Source of the DNA: Armatimonadota bacterium | GTDB lineage: Bacteria; Armatimonadota; UBA10988 | DNA: 64,000 nucleotides | Direction of reading: 5' to 3' | Assembly: GCA_016235455.1 (NCBI GenBank) | Contig: JACRKZ010000051.1 | Span: 1 to 64,000, forward strand | Part shown: piece after piece, positions 38,501 to 48,449 of the stretch | Layout of the letters: every line of letters begins with the position of its first letter | How positions within the stretch are numbered: position 1 is the first letter of the stretch | Position numbers and translations under genes: made by a program | The notes under the pieces: generated by a model | The model's input: the letters and a program-made list of their open reading frames with translations, nothing else | Databases searched by the model: none | What the model was told of the DNA's origin: nothing

Positions 38501-40106
38501 CCAGCTCCGCGATAGGCGCCAGCGCGGCCGGCGCGCCACACGGCACGGTCCGCAGCACCGCGCTGAAGCTGCGCCAGTGCTCCGAGTGCAGCGGCACCTG
38601 CCCGGCCAGCTCGCGGTCGGCATCCTCGGCGGCCCAGCGCGCCTCGCGCGCCAGGATGGTCAGACAGCTTCCGGCAGCCGCGGTCAGGCCTCGGGCGCGC
38701 AACTGCTCGGCGAAGTCGGAGACCAGGGCGCCATAGGCCCGCCAGAACCGCGGCAATGGCTCCACCAGGCCCTTGGGCAGGGCGCTCGGCATGGCGTAGG
38801 GCTCACCGGAGTCCGCGGAATAGGGCTCGGCGCTGTACTTGAGCTGGGCCCACGAGGTCAGCGCGGTCTGCACCGTCTTGTCGCGCCACTGCGTCGAGCC
38901 CATGAAGCGCGGTGCGCCGGCGGGCTGTTCGTCGAGTTCGCTCAGCAGGGCCAGCCAGCGGTCGTGGACGTTGTCGGCCGCGGGCCGCAGGCGGGCGACC
39001 GGCGGGTCGACCTTGGCCACCGCGCCGCTCAAGCCCAGCGCCGCGGCGACGGCCAGGCCCGAGGGGCGTTCCTGGCGCTCGAGCAGGCTCTGCAGTAGCC
39101 GGGCATCGGGCGGCGCATGGTCGGGCAGCGGCGCGAACCGGCGAGACGGAAGCTGCTCGGTCATCGGGTCATACGGTCGCGAAGGCAGGGCGTACGGCGT
39201 GTATTCCGGCCGCGCCATCTCGGCCAGCACGCGCCGACAGGCCTCCTCGTCGAGCTGTTCGGGATCGGCGCCCGCCGCCAGCAGCGCGCGGTCGAGCTCG
39301 GCGGTGTCGCTGCCATTGAAGTCGCCCCACAGCCAGGTGCGCATGGCGGCCAGGTCACGGTAGGCCGAGCGCGCGGCGTCGTCACGCCGCAGCAAGGCCA
39401 CCCACCAGGCGGCGCGCCGTACGCTGGCGGCCGTGGCGTCCGGCCCGGCCAGCGCCAGCGAGTGCCGGCCCAGGAAGCGCACGGTGCGCAGGTACGACTG
39501 CCGCACCGGCCGGTCGTCGGCCGACAAGCGCGGCATTCCGCGGCCGTAGTCATCGCCGGGGTAGGGGGCTTGCGGCGCCGTCATCTCGGCCAGGGCCGGC
39601 GCGGTGGCGCTGACCAGATCAGGCGGCAGATCGACCTGAACGCCGGCCAGACGCAGCGCCGTGGCCAAGGCGATCACCTCCTCGCGCGGCGCGTTGTCGG
39701 GCCGGGCCAGGTGCGCGCGCCACAGGGCCGACAGCAGGGCCTTGGTCTGGGGCAGCAGCCGCTGCTCCTCGATCTGCTCGAGGATCTGACGATGCACCTC
39801 ATACCAGATGTCCAGCATGGCGTCGCTCGTGACGACGACGGTCATGCCGGCCAGATAGGCGTCGTGGTAGAAGCCGTGCAACGACCCCGCGGCGCGCCCG
39901 CCGATCACGGCGAAGCCATGGTCCGCCAGCGCCTCGGCCAGCCCCTTGGCCGCGCCTGGGTCAGGATGCTGCGACCAATCGCCGAGGTCGCTGCTCTCCA
40001 GGAAGCGGCTCATCTGGTCGAGGTTGGCCGGCGTCCGAGCGCCGACCGCGAGCGGCGCGAGCAGCAGCAGGCTGGCGCAGAGCAGCCGCGCTGACAGTCT
40101 CCCCAT
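35514..40106 (-). CDS. Secreted DUF3160 - TPR-like - PQQ-like propeller fusion protein, 1530 aa
   Basis: Signal peptide; VTSDAML, KTVQTALTSWAQL, GLVEPLPRFW, GAVGSYHEF (DUF3160-type); helical repeats; VALDRATGRTRW and AYALSTGRRLW. Confidence 0.82.
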   Translation of the reverse strand: MGRLSARLLCASLLLLAPLAVGARTPANLDQMSRFLESSDLGDWSQHPDPGAAKGLAEALADHGFAVIGGRAAGSLHGFYHDAYLAGMTVVVTSDAMLDIWYEVHRQILEQIEEQRLLPQTKALLSALWRAHLARPDNAPREEVIALATALRLAGVQVDLPPDLVSATAPALAEMTAPQAPYPGDDYGRGMPRLSADDRPVRQSYLRTVRFLGRHSLALAGPDATAASVRRAAWWVALLRRDDAARSAYRDLAAMRTWLWGDFNGSDTAELDRALLAAGADPEQLDEEACRRVLAEMARPEYTPYALPSRPYDPMTEQLPSRRFAPLPDHAPPDARLLQSLLERQERPSGLAVAAALGLSGAVAKVDPPVARLRPAADNVHDRWLALLSELDEQPAGAPRFMGSTQWRDKTVQTALTSWAQLKYSAEPYSADSGEPYAMPSALPKGLVEPLPRFWRAYGALVSDFAEQLRARGLTAAAGSCLTILAREARWAAEDADRELAGQVPLHSEHWRSFSAVLRTVPCGAPAALAPIAELVDGRIYVGSGLFRPIVEQFELPGLPPFAAVGAVGSYHEFVEPGRRDVTADEWHARLNAAHSRPRPPAWTSTFVLLADSAGPTARTVLATAELDLVAGRAQAAIDRLRAFQPSVAGTEVEVEAQILIGRACERLGDLRAARDAYMACDTMYGCQAADEALDRARQCGGAMGRWRAEQDRQERQLKAKLAATDPKPGLTPEQELDRQDTRARLMVVLEGGYVDLPRLEAECPRSRLLPAMRLAAAAARWVPPWANEPGYRDDDHWTRPLADLTQSQRDNAGSLLAELAAVVAADTLANLDPQAALDRVLPYLGVARQAEPQPQAAAWLAERYQITPGMAPAQRWIDLSASCLLRAAFARGDAALYRRLRARFGPKAQQDPLQRWVVDHEPEVMALWSAAREEQADPEPALRRLLSEHPRSALAPLALARLIGGKMNAMGLMRCSLVGWGLDRALLTQLARDYPDTRDGLRAAALLACIGGDLDRGIGLWRRAAARPEGPWASAAPRSPLAEDTWMQGVEPLRVAVHDAQPFLPGWDSRRICLELVRCVEQADDPNGLDALLAAAGPQAEKLLAALPPWVGQKAARSHREPSDLEVLAKRIDAGPGPGYEEAVAELAQDLDHNDAPWLDALLATPAGRPSYALLRIERARGPLLVGWLEQAIAAVTPLVDEAGPFQPRAQALLAEARERLAVRREPRLREAWRVELDSVFGQDKPALQASGDLVIASYVDLAGVESVVALDRATGRTRWHRPAQQPRLEIAGDVVCLVSRQELALLDRVSGRALHSEPLKLSKEANPDIVIRGDLFLIGLDEYRMLARASGRPGWEITTSHPMERSFVGDRVLVMDYDHDQEKGTLSAYALSTGRRLWRTPLWLVESARHGPELSYHPKGQRIIRYSDSEGNTIWQAIDMATGTLSRPRHENGYLDEAERPNAPAGNAWVISRRDVDHIEPGTGRRVPLLRLPPEYDGEIADEQGVLAWSDDGALVCFRAAGDKEPRP

Positions 40107-40163
40107 GGCGACACCCCTTGTGGTGCGGTGATTCGCGCCGCGCCGGGCGCCTCCTCCGGCGGC

Positions 40164-41663
40164 CTACGGCGCCACGACCACGCCGCCCAGTTCACCGAAC
40201 TCGTCATGGCTCCGCCGCACCAACGGCAGGCAGACCGGTCGGCCGCTGGCCGGGTCGCGCAGGCCGATGGACAGCACGGCCGCGCCGTTGGCGCTGATCG
40301 TCGGGAAGGTGACCTCGGTGCGGGTCGTGGCCTCGTCGTCCTGCAGCCACCGGCTGGTGGGCAACGGGCCTGCGTCCGTCTGGGCCAGCGTGCGGCCGCC
40401 CTGGGCGGCCGTCAGGCGCAGGCGCAGCGTGGCGTCGCGCAGGGCGCGGCCGACGCCACGGTTGACCCAGCGTACGATCAGCGGGAACGGCCGGCCGGCC
40501 TGGATAGTGCGCGGCAGCGTCACGCTCAGCGGCACCAGCCGATAGCCCATGCGGCGCAGGCCGAGGGCGATCAGGTCGGGCCGCTCGGCCATGAAGTCCT
40601 GCGCGTCGCGTCCGCCATAGCCCAGCAGGCCGATGTAGTTGGGATGCAGGCTCAGCGCGTCCTCCACGGTCCACTTGACCCACGCCGGCCCGCCCGCGCG
40701 CGCCGCGGTGTAGCCGCCGAGGAACTCGCTCATCTGCGGCGCCCGGCGCAGGTCGCGGTAGACGTGCTCGCAGAGGCGGCGCTCATTGGAGTGCACCGCG
40801 CCGCCGGCGCCGTCGCGGCGCAGGGTGATGTTGGGCCGCGCCAGGGCCAGGTCGAAGGCGCTGTAGCGCAGGTAGGCGTCGTACTCGCCGGTGAAGGCGG
40901 GGTCGAGCTTGTCCGTGGGCCCGGCCCACAGCGAGGCGGGGCCGTCGGGATCGTAGGAGTAGCTGAGCGCCAACCAGCGCTCAGGGAAGGCGGCGCTCCA
41001 GATGCCCAGCACCGCGTCGAGCGCGGCGCGTTTGTCGTCCAGCGTGGCGTAGGGATAGCCGGTGTGCCATTCGCCCCAGCGGCCGAACCCGCGCAGGTCG
41101 ACGAGCGCCGGTGTGCGTGCTCCCTGAAAATGCGCGTTGGCCGCCGCCAGGAACTGGCGCAGGCGTGCCTGATAGAGCGGGTTCCGCGCGTCGACGTGCC
41201 AGCCGAACGACGCGCCATCCTCGCGCCGACGCTTCTGGTCGTCGGGGATGCGCGCCAGCAGCCAGTCGGGAATGCCCAGCCCGCCCGGCGGGTCGAGCCG
41301 GGACCAGCCGAACAGCGGCTCGCTGCTGATGCGCAGGTGCAGCCGCTTGCCACGCGCCAGCCAAAAGTCGCAGGCGGCATCGACACGGGTCCAGTCGAAC
41401 CGGCCCTCGGCGGTCTCCACGTCCGACCAGGCGAACATGATGGCTACGTCGTCGCAGCCCTCGAACCGCGCCTCGGGCAGCACCGACATCGTCGCCGTGC
41501 CGTTGGCGCGTGGGTCCAACGGGTAGTTCTCGTAGAGCACCCACCCCATGTCCGGGTTGTGCAGGACGACCTCGGTGTCCTCCCGCGGCGTGAGGGTCTG
41601 GGTGTCCTGGGCGCCGCACGCCGCGGCCAGCAAGGTGGTCATCGCCAGTAGTCGCCAGCGCAT
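40164..41663 (-). CDS. Secreted DUF4832-type glycoside-hydrolase-like protein, 499 aa
   Basis: SD gaggag; signal or lipobox LAAAC; LHNPDMGW, WSDVETAEGRFDW, GFGRWGEWH, MGYRL. Confidence 0.75.
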   Translation of the reverse strand: MRWRLLAMTTLLAAACGAQDTQTLTPREDTEVVLHNPDMGWVLYENYPLDPRANGTATMSVLPEARFEGCDDVAIMFAWSDVETAEGRFDWTRVDAACDFWLARGKRLHLRISSEPLFGWSRLDPPGGLGIPDWLLARIPDDQKRRREDGASFGWHVDARNPLYQARLRQFLAAANAHFQGARTPALVDLRGFGRWGEWHTGYPYATLDDKRAALDAVLGIWSAAFPERWLALSYSYDPDGPASLWAGPTDKLDPAFTGEYDAYLRYSAFDLALARPNITLRRDGAGGAVHSNERRLCEHVYRDLRRAPQMSEFLGGYTAARAGGPAWVKWTVEDALSLHPNYIGLLGYGGRDAQDFMAERPDLIALGLRRMGYRLVPLSVTLPRTIQAGRPFPLIVRWVNRGVGRALRDATLRLRLTAAQGGRTLAQTDAGPLPTSRWLQDDEATTRTEVTFPTISANGAAVLSIGLRDPASGRPVCLPLVRRSHDEFGELGGVVVAP

Positions 41664-41804
41664 GGTTGCCGCTCCTCTTGGTAGGACAGTCAGGCAGCGG
41701 CGGCGGCTCCGTGCCGCCGGTCGGGCCGGATGCATTCGAGGCGCCCATCTGGCGCCCGGGTACCCGCGGCGGGGTCCAAGACCACACCGGCACGGAGGTG
41801 TCCG

Positions 41805-44800
41805 TTACGGTCGCCCGACCAGATAGTGCAACGCATGGTCGGCGTGGTCGTAGGTCACCAGGCCGGCCTCATCGCCGATGAGCACCGATTGCTCTGGGGT
41901 CAGGCGCCACGCCGGCACTGTGCGACCTACGCGCGGGTCGAAGTGGTAGACAACGCCGCCGTCCTCCGTCCAGCCGGCGGCGCCGCCCGGTTGGCTCAGC
42001 GCCTTCGGGTCGTTGCCGGACCGACTGTAGGGATCCAGGTTGCGGTGCTCAGCGAGTGGTGAGTCGGCGGGCAAGGCAGGGCCGACCGTGCCGTCGACCA
42101 GGTTCAGCGGCAGCAGCTTGCGGCGCCGGCGGTCGCGGCTGTCGATGAGCACGACCGTGTGGTCGGGTAGCACGAGCAGGTTGTCCTCGCCCAGGTCATC
42201 GGCGGCGGGCGTTCTGGTGCGCCAGCGCACGCGGCCGGTGGTCACGTCCCAGGCGACCACCTCGCCGTCGCCGCGGTCAGGGATGTTGGTGGCGACGACC
42301 AGACCCCCCTCGATCACCGCGCCGCAGGCCCCCGATGCGGTGGCCTGCCAGCCCGGCTGCCCGGGTGCGCGGCCCAGCAGCCGCTGACCGGCGCCAAACA
42401 CCAGCCACGGCTCAGCCGCCAGCAGTCGGGGCCGCATGGGGCCGACCGTGCCGCCGGGCAGCGCCTCGCGGCCCAGGTCGTGGCCGGTGGTGGGGTCGAG
42501 CGTCAGCAGTGCGCTGTCATCGATCACGTAGAGCCGGCCGCCAGCCTCGGCCAGATTGCCGCGCAGGCCGCCCGCCTGCCACCGCACCTCGCCCGAGGCC
42601 CGGTCGATGGCCGTCACGCCGGCGCCGCCGTCGAGTTCGGTCAGCACATAGGCCACTTCGCGCCCGAGCGCCGCTGGCCGGTACTCGCGCAGGTTCTGCT
42701 CGCGCCCGCGGTCGAGCACCAGCGGCAGGCGCCAGGTCTCGACCAGGCGCGGCTGGTCGCGCAGCGCGATCTGGGCGCGTGCCTGTTCGCCGGCCTCAGC
42801 GGCGCGCGCGGCGAACGGCCCGCCGTGCGTCGTTGCTTCGCTCAGCAGATCGAGAGCTTGCTCGGGCCAGGCCAGACGGATGAGCGTCTCGGCGGCCGCG
42901 GCGCGGATCAGCGTCTCAGCCGGCCCACCGGCATGGTCACGGCAGGCGCGGCGGGCCAAGCGCAGCACGGCGTCGCCACCCGCGCTGGGTGGTCCCTGAG
43001 CCAGTTCGCGTGTGACCGCCTCGACCAGCGCCGGCGTGGGCACGGCGCCCGGCTTGTCCAGCGCCGTGCAGGCCTCGTCGAACGACGGTCCCGCCCCGCG
43101 CTCATGGTCACGCAGTGCGAGGGTCAGCGGGTGGTTCGGGTAGCGGCTGGCCAGCTCGCGCCGCGCGCCGGGCAGGTCGCCGAGAGCGGCCAGCAGTTCC
43201 GGCGCCCTGGTCCCGGCTTCGGTGATGAGCGGACCGAACTGGTGCTCGCGGCCCAGGTCGGTCTGGACCGCGGTCAGGTGGTCGAAGGCGCGGTCGAGCG
43301 ACCAGGCGGGCAGCAGGCGATGCACCGCGCGCGCGCCGGCCAGGATGGTGTCGAACGAGACGAACCAGTCGTCGGCGAACTCGAACAGCCGGTCGCCGGG
43401 GTCAATCCACGGCGGCGGCGGCAGCTTCCGCCGCTGGGCCAGCAGGCGCTCGACGAGGGTGTAGTCACGCGCGCGCAGGGCCAGCACGGCGCGCGCTTGG
43501 AGCCCCTGGCGCGAGGCGGGGTAGGCGCGGGCCAGCCGCTCGACGACCGCCGGGTCGACCTTGAGGCAGGCCATCGGCAGGATCAGGTCCCAGGGCGTGA
43601 TCTCGATGCTCAGCCCGGCGCTGGTCGCCATCGCGTGAGGCGCGGTGGTAGCCTTGGGGAACCGCCGGGCCAACTCGTCCAAGGCCCAGCGCGGGTCGCA
43701 CTCGGGTTCCATGGCTTCGGCCCACAGGTCCACCGTGTCCGGCTCGTGGCTGGCTGCCCAGGCGACGAGCTGCCGGCTGGCGTGCGCGCGCGGCTCGTCC
43801 ATCCGGGCGCCGGGTCCCTCCCAGGCGGAGCTCTGGGCAGCGGCCAGACGCTCGTGGGGCGCAGTGTTCAGCTTGGCCCACGCCTCGCGCTGGCCGTGGC
43901 GCAGCAGCGCCGCGCCGAGTGCCTCGCGGTGGGCCTCCACGTAGGCCCGCGCCGTGCCCATGGCGGCTTCGGGATAGAGTCCACGCAGGAACTCAGCGGC
44001 CTCGGGACAGGGCTCGGCGCGCGGGCCGGTGGCCAGGTACGGCGCCAGCACCGCCATGGCCTGGGCTGGGTCCACCGGCAGCAGCCACTGCGCGGCCAGC
44101 ACGGCCGCCACTTCGCCCACCAGTCCGCCGTGGGCCGAACGCTCGATGTCGAGCAGCACGGGCAGGTCGTTCTCGGCCTGGCCGTCGCGCCGGGGGAAGG
44201 GCGCACGGTCCCACAGATGGTCCACCAGCCAGTCGACCAGGCACAGCAGCCGACCCGCGGGCAGCAGCCGGCTGCGCGGGCACTCGGCGTTCAAGCGCGC
44301 GAGCGTGTCCGCGGTCGGCGGAGCGCTAACCAGCGCCCGCAAGCGCTTGTCCTGGCGGGCGACCTCCTGCTCGTCGCTCAGGCCGGGCCGCGGCTCGGTG
44401 GCCGCCAGCCATGGCGCCGCCTTGGCGCGGGCGTCGGCGCCATAGTCCCGGTCGCCGCCGCGCGGTCCGGCCACGGCGCGGTCGCGCTCTGGGCAGCCAT
44501 ACATCGGGCGGCAAGCGAGTCGGGCGGCCTCGGCCTCGGGCTGCCGGCCGAGCACCTGGTAGGCCCGGGCGATGAGCAGTTGCGCGTTCACCTCGGGCCG
44601 CTGGCCGCGGACGGTGGTCTGCCAGGCGCGCAGCCGGGCGATGGCCGCCTCGGCTCGCCCGGTATGGATGTCGGCCTCGGCGGCGCGCAACTCGCGCCGC
44701 GCGGCGTTGGTGGCCGGGTCGGGATCGAGTTGGCAGCTCAGCGCCCAGTCGGGCGGCAGCGGCGGGTCGCGCACGAGGTCCTCGCCCGTGGGCCACGTGT

Positions 44801-46469
44801 CGGCGTTCTCCCAGTTGTACCGGGTGTCGCGGGAGGCGTGGTAGCTGCCCACCACGCCGACGGCGGCCATGGTCGGCTGGCCGGGCAGGGCGAACTGGGC
44901 GACCAGCGTCTGGAAGCTGCCGCTGGCCTGCACATACTCCTCGCGCCAGCCAGGGTCGCAGGCCACGAACCGCGGGTCCTCGATCGCGAACTGGGCCACA
45001 ACCTCGCTGAACAGACGCCAGTGCTCGCCATGCAGCGCCGGCTGGCCGGCGGCCAGCCGCGTGGCGTCTTCGGTGCACTGCTCGGCCTCGGCGGCCAGCA
45101 GCGTCAGCCAACGCTCGGTGGTCGGCGTGGTCAGGCCATGCCCGGCCAGTTCGGCGCGCGTGGCCAGCATCATGCCGTGCAGCCCACGCCAGAACTCGGG
45201 CAGCGGCTCGACGAAGCCCGCCGGGCCGGTGGCCGGCAGCGTCACGGCTGGCGCGGCCGGCAAGCGTGAGCGCGGCGTGGTGTGCGACAGCCAGACCCAG
45301 GCGGCCATCTGCGTGTTGAGCGTCTTGTCACGCCAGGCGGGCGTGGCCACGAAGCCCGAGCCGCGCGCACCGTCGGCCTCCAGCTTGCCCAGCAGCGCCA
45401 GCCAGCGGTCCTCGCGGCTGTCGGACCGAGGCCACGTGACCGCGCGGTCGGCGTTGAGCTCCGCCGCGCGCGACCAGCCGAAGGCTTGCGCGGCCTGCAG
45501 GCCGGACAGCGCCTCGAAGTCGCCATCACGCCAGACGGCCTTGGCCAGCCAGGCGTTGGGCGGCGCCGGGCGGGGCACCACCGCCATGAACGGACTGGGC
45601 TCATCGCCGTCGCGAGGCAGGCGGCCACGGATCCAGGTCAGGCTGAGCCGGCGCGCACCGGCATCGTCGAGCTTCTCGGGATCCAGCCCAAGCCGCGTGA
45701 GCTGGGCTTCGATGTCAGCCGGCGCCAGCCCGTCGGCCGGCCCATACAGCCAGCGTCGGGCTAGGGTCAGCCGCTCGTTCGCCGAGCGCGCTGCGGCGCT
45801 GCGGCGCAGCAGCGCGCACCACCAGACGGCACGCTTGACCGACCGCGGCGTCACGCCGCCGCCAGCCAGTGGCACGCGGTGGTTGGCCAACCACCAGGTC
45901 AACCGCCAGTAGCGCGCCGCCGCCGGGTCGTCGGCATAGGCGCCGAGCGGCCGCGCGTCGCGGTAGCTGCTGCCGAACGGCCAGCTCGGCGCGACCGCCG
46001 CGTCGATGCGCGCCAGCGTTGCGTCCACGTACGGCGTCAGCGCGGCGGGCACCTCGACCGTCACGCCGGCCAGCCGCGCTGCCACGGCGAGTGCGCTCAC
46101 TTCCTGTTCCGGCGCGCCGCCGGGCTGCTGCCGGTAGCTGCGCCACAGCGCTCCGACAAGGTCCGCCGTGGCCGGCAAGAGTCGCTCGGCCTCCACCGAG
46201 CGCTGCATGGCGCGCTGCGCGGTGTACCACAGATGCAGCATGGCGTCGCTGGTGACTACCGTGGGCAGTCCGGCCTGCGCGGCACGCTCGTAGACGGCGC
46301 CGAGACGCTCGGTGCCCGGGCCGGCGAGCACGGCGAACCCTTGGGCCGCCAGGGCCGGCGCCAGGTCGGCCGCGTCGGGTCCGAGGTGCGCCTGCACCGC
46401 GGTCAGATTGGCGGCCGGCTGCGCGGACGTCGTGGCAACCAGCGCCAGGATCCAGAACACCTGCCTCAT
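41805..46469 (-). CDS. Secreted DUF3160 - TPR-like - PQQ-like propeller fusion protein, 1554 aa
   Basis: Signal peptide; VTSDAMLHLWY, KTLNTQMAAW, GFVEPLPEFW, GVVGSYH; AIDRASGEVRW and AWDVTTGRVRW; collinear with the 1530-aa paralogue. Confidence 0.82.
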   Translation of the reverse strand: MRQVFWILALVATTSAQPAANLTAVQAHLGPDAADLAPALAAQGFAVLAGPGTERLGAVYERAAQAGLPTVVTSDAMLHLWYTAQRAMQRSVEAERLLPATADLVGALWRSYRQQPGGAPEQEVSALAVAARLAGVTVEVPAALTPYVDATLARIDAAVAPSWPFGSSYRDARPLGAYADDPAAARYWRLTWWLANHRVPLAGGGVTPRSVKRAVWWCALLRRSAAARSANERLTLARRWLYGPADGLAPADIEAQLTRLGLDPEKLDDAGARRLSLTWIRGRLPRDGDEPSPFMAVVPRPAPPNAWLAKAVWRDGDFEALSGLQAAQAFGWSRAAELNADRAVTWPRSDSREDRWLALLGKLEADGARGSGFVATPAWRDKTLNTQMAAWVWLSHTTPRSRLPAAPAVTLPATGPAGFVEPLPEFWRGLHGMMLATRAELAGHGLTTPTTERWLTLLAAEAEQCTEDATRLAAGQPALHGEHWRLFSEVVAQFAIEDPRFVACDPGWREEYVQASGSFQTLVAQFALPGQPTMAAVGVVGSYHASRDTRYNWENADTWPTGEDLVRDPPLPPDWALSCQLDPDPATNAARRELRAAEADIHTGRAEAAIARLRAWQTTVRGQRPEVNAQLLIARAYQVLGRQPEAEAARLACRPMYGCPERDRAVAGPRGGDRDYGADARAKAAPWLAATEPRPGLSDEQEVARQDKRLRALVSAPPTADTLARLNAECPRSRLLPAGRLLCLVDWLVDHLWDRAPFPRRDGQAENDLPVLLDIERSAHGGLVGEVAAVLAAQWLLPVDPAQAMAVLAPYLATGPRAEPCPEAAEFLRGLYPEAAMGTARAYVEAHREALGAALLRHGQREAWAKLNTAPHERLAAAQSSAWEGPGARMDEPRAHASRQLVAWAASHEPDTVDLWAEAMEPECDPRWALDELARRFPKATTAPHAMATSAGLSIEITPWDLILPMACLKVDPAVVERLARAYPASRQGLQARAVLALRARDYTLVERLLAQRRKLPPPPWIDPGDRLFEFADDWFVSFDTILAGARAVHRLLPAWSLDRAFDHLTAVQTDLGREHQFGPLITEAGTRAPELLAALGDLPGARRELASRYPNHPLTLALRDHERGAGPSFDEACTALDKPGAVPTPALVEAVTRELAQGPPSAGGDAVLRLARRACRDHAGGPAETLIRAAAAETLIRLAWPEQALDLLSEATTHGGPFAARAAEAGEQARAQIALRDQPRLVETWRLPLVLDRGREQNLREYRPAALGREVAYVLTELDGGAGVTAIDRASGEVRWQAGGLRGNLAEAGGRLYVIDDSALLTLDPTTGHDLGREALPGGTVGPMRPRLLAAEPWLVFGAGQRLLGRAPGQPGWQATASGACGAVIEGGLVVATNIPDRGDGEVVAWDVTTGRVRWRTRTPAADDLGEDNLLVLPDHTVVLIDSRDRRRRKLLPLNLVDGTVGPALPADSPLAEHRNLDPYSRSGNDPKALSQPGGAAGWTEDGGVVYHFDPRVGRTVPAWRLTPEQSVLIGDEAGLVTYDHADHALHYLVGRP

Positions 46470-48372
46470 GGCGCCACCTCCAGCGGCCGTGCCACATGCA
46501 GCCAGGGCCCGTAGGCCTGCGCCCCGGCACTGAACAGCGTCCGCGCGCGATCCGGCTCATCGGCGGGCGCCACCTTGAGGTCGTTGCCCCAGAGCGCCGC
46601 GAGCCACCGGCCGTCGGGTGAGGACTCGGCTTCCCACCAGTGGGTGGAGTGCCTGCCGGAGAAGTAGAGCCAGACCGGCCGGGGCGCCGGCGCCGGGGTC
46701 TGCGCACGGTCGGTCAGGTTGACCTGCAGGCGCTCGCCGCCCGCACGTGTGACGACCAGCGTCTGGCCGCCGTCGGCGACGCGTGTATCGGTCAGGTCCT
46801 CGGGCAGGCCGACCCAGGCCGCGGCGGGCGAGCCGTCGGCGGGCCGCACCCAGAGCTGCGTGTGGCCGGGCGGGCCAGCCAGCCAGGCCGCCACGCGACC
46901 GCCGCGCGAGCAGCTCAGTCGGCGCGCTGACGGCTGCGGCGGCGAGAGCAGCACGGCCCGGCCGTCGGAGAGGATGCGCAGCACGCGCGTGGACGCCTGG
47001 AAGCGCCGGCCGGGCTCCTCGGCGGCCACGGCCAGCCATTCGGCACCGGCCGGCACCGCCTCCCACAGCGCGGCCCAGTCGGGGCAGGGCAGGAGCATGA
47101 GCTGGCCACCCAGGTCCAGGTCGGCAGCGCGGCGCTGGCCGTGGTGGTCCAGACCCACGACAAACAGCGCCCGCCCATCGGCTCGCCATGCGGCACGGAG
47201 GAGGCTGGCCAGCGGCACCCGCAGGTCGGCGAGCAACTGGCCGCGTGGGTCCAGCACCGTGGCGTCGACCAGCAGGCCGCTGCTGTCGGGTAGCCAGGCG
47301 AAGCAGGACGGTGTGGTGACCAGGTCGCGCGGCGGCCCGCCGCGCAGATCGACCAGCGACAGGGTGGGCTGTTTTGGGTCGATCTCGTTGCCACCCTCGG
47401 TCTCGCGCAGGCAGGCCAGTAGCGGCCGTCGGGCGAGACCTGCAAGGCGCGCCGCCGATGCGAGGTCTTCCAGCCGCGTGCGAGCTGCCGCGTCGTGCGC
47501 GTGGCCGGGTCGTAGAGCATGACGCCTTGCTCGGAGAAGCAGGCCACGGCGCCGTCCGGGGTCAAGGTGACCATGCCGTTGCCCAGCGCGATGTAGCGGT
47601 CGTCGGCGCCGGTGACCAGGTCGCGGCGATGCAGCACACGGCGGACCGCCTCGTGACCGCGGTAGGCGGTGGCCATGTACCACATGGCCCGGCCATCTGC
47701 CGACCAGCAGGCATAGTCGACCACGACGTTGGGGTAGCGGACGACCTCGCGGCCGCCTCCGCCGTCGCGGCGGCGGATGGCGATGAAGCCGCCCTGGTCA
47801 TCGGTCCCGCTGTAGGCCAGCCAGCGGCCGTCGGGCGAGGTGGCCAACTCGGACCAGATGTCGGGCAGATGGGGCACGCGCGGCTCGGCCTCGTTGTCGT
47901 CCGCCTCCCGATCGGCTCCGGCCCAGCGCGCCAGCACCCGCGTCTGGCCGTCCGCGCCGCGCCAGGTGACTGTGTGCTGCTCACGGTCGTGCTGCGCGCC
48001 GTACACGCCGGCACCGTCCGCGGCCGGCTCGCCGTTGTCGCGGTCGCCGTCGGCCTTGGGCTCGGTCCGGCTCAGCGGCCCGACCAGGCTGGGTCGCCAC
48101 GGCGTCAGGCTGATCGCCAGGCCCTCTTGCCCGTCGGCCACCGGCACGAACCGTGGTAGATAGCCCGGCGCGGTCACCTCGAGCACGATGTCGGCGCCGG
48201 CCGGCAGGTCCAGGCTGCATGGCGTCGGCGCGGCGGTGTTCATGTAGGGCGAATCGACGCGGCTCCAGCGTACTCGCGCGCCGACGGGCTGCGAGGTCAC
48301 GCTCAGCGCCCCGGCGCTGGCCAGGCGACAAGCGAGGCAACACAGCGCGACACCCAGCCAGCGGCGTTCCAT
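46466..48372 (-). pseudogene. PEGA plus TolB-like propeller paralogue with a 1-bp frameshift near 47420 (pseudogene or sequencing error)
   Basis: The N-half (MERRWLGVALCCL...LQVSPDGR) is in ORF 46915-48372 and the C-half (LACLRE...YGPWLHVARPLEVAP) is in ORF 46466-47683. The junction reads cgc-ta-ctg. Confidence 0.8.
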
Positions 48373-48449
48373 GGCCCCGTCTCCCTGTAACCCAAGGAGA
48401 CTGTACTAGATGTCGGCTCGGCGTGCCAGCCAGTCTGCCGAGCGGCTGC

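Noticed and set aside
46466-48372. Two separate overlapping genes, or a programmed frameshift
   Set aside because: The halves are collinear with the single intact paralogue at 33703-35517, and the junction has no slippery sequence.
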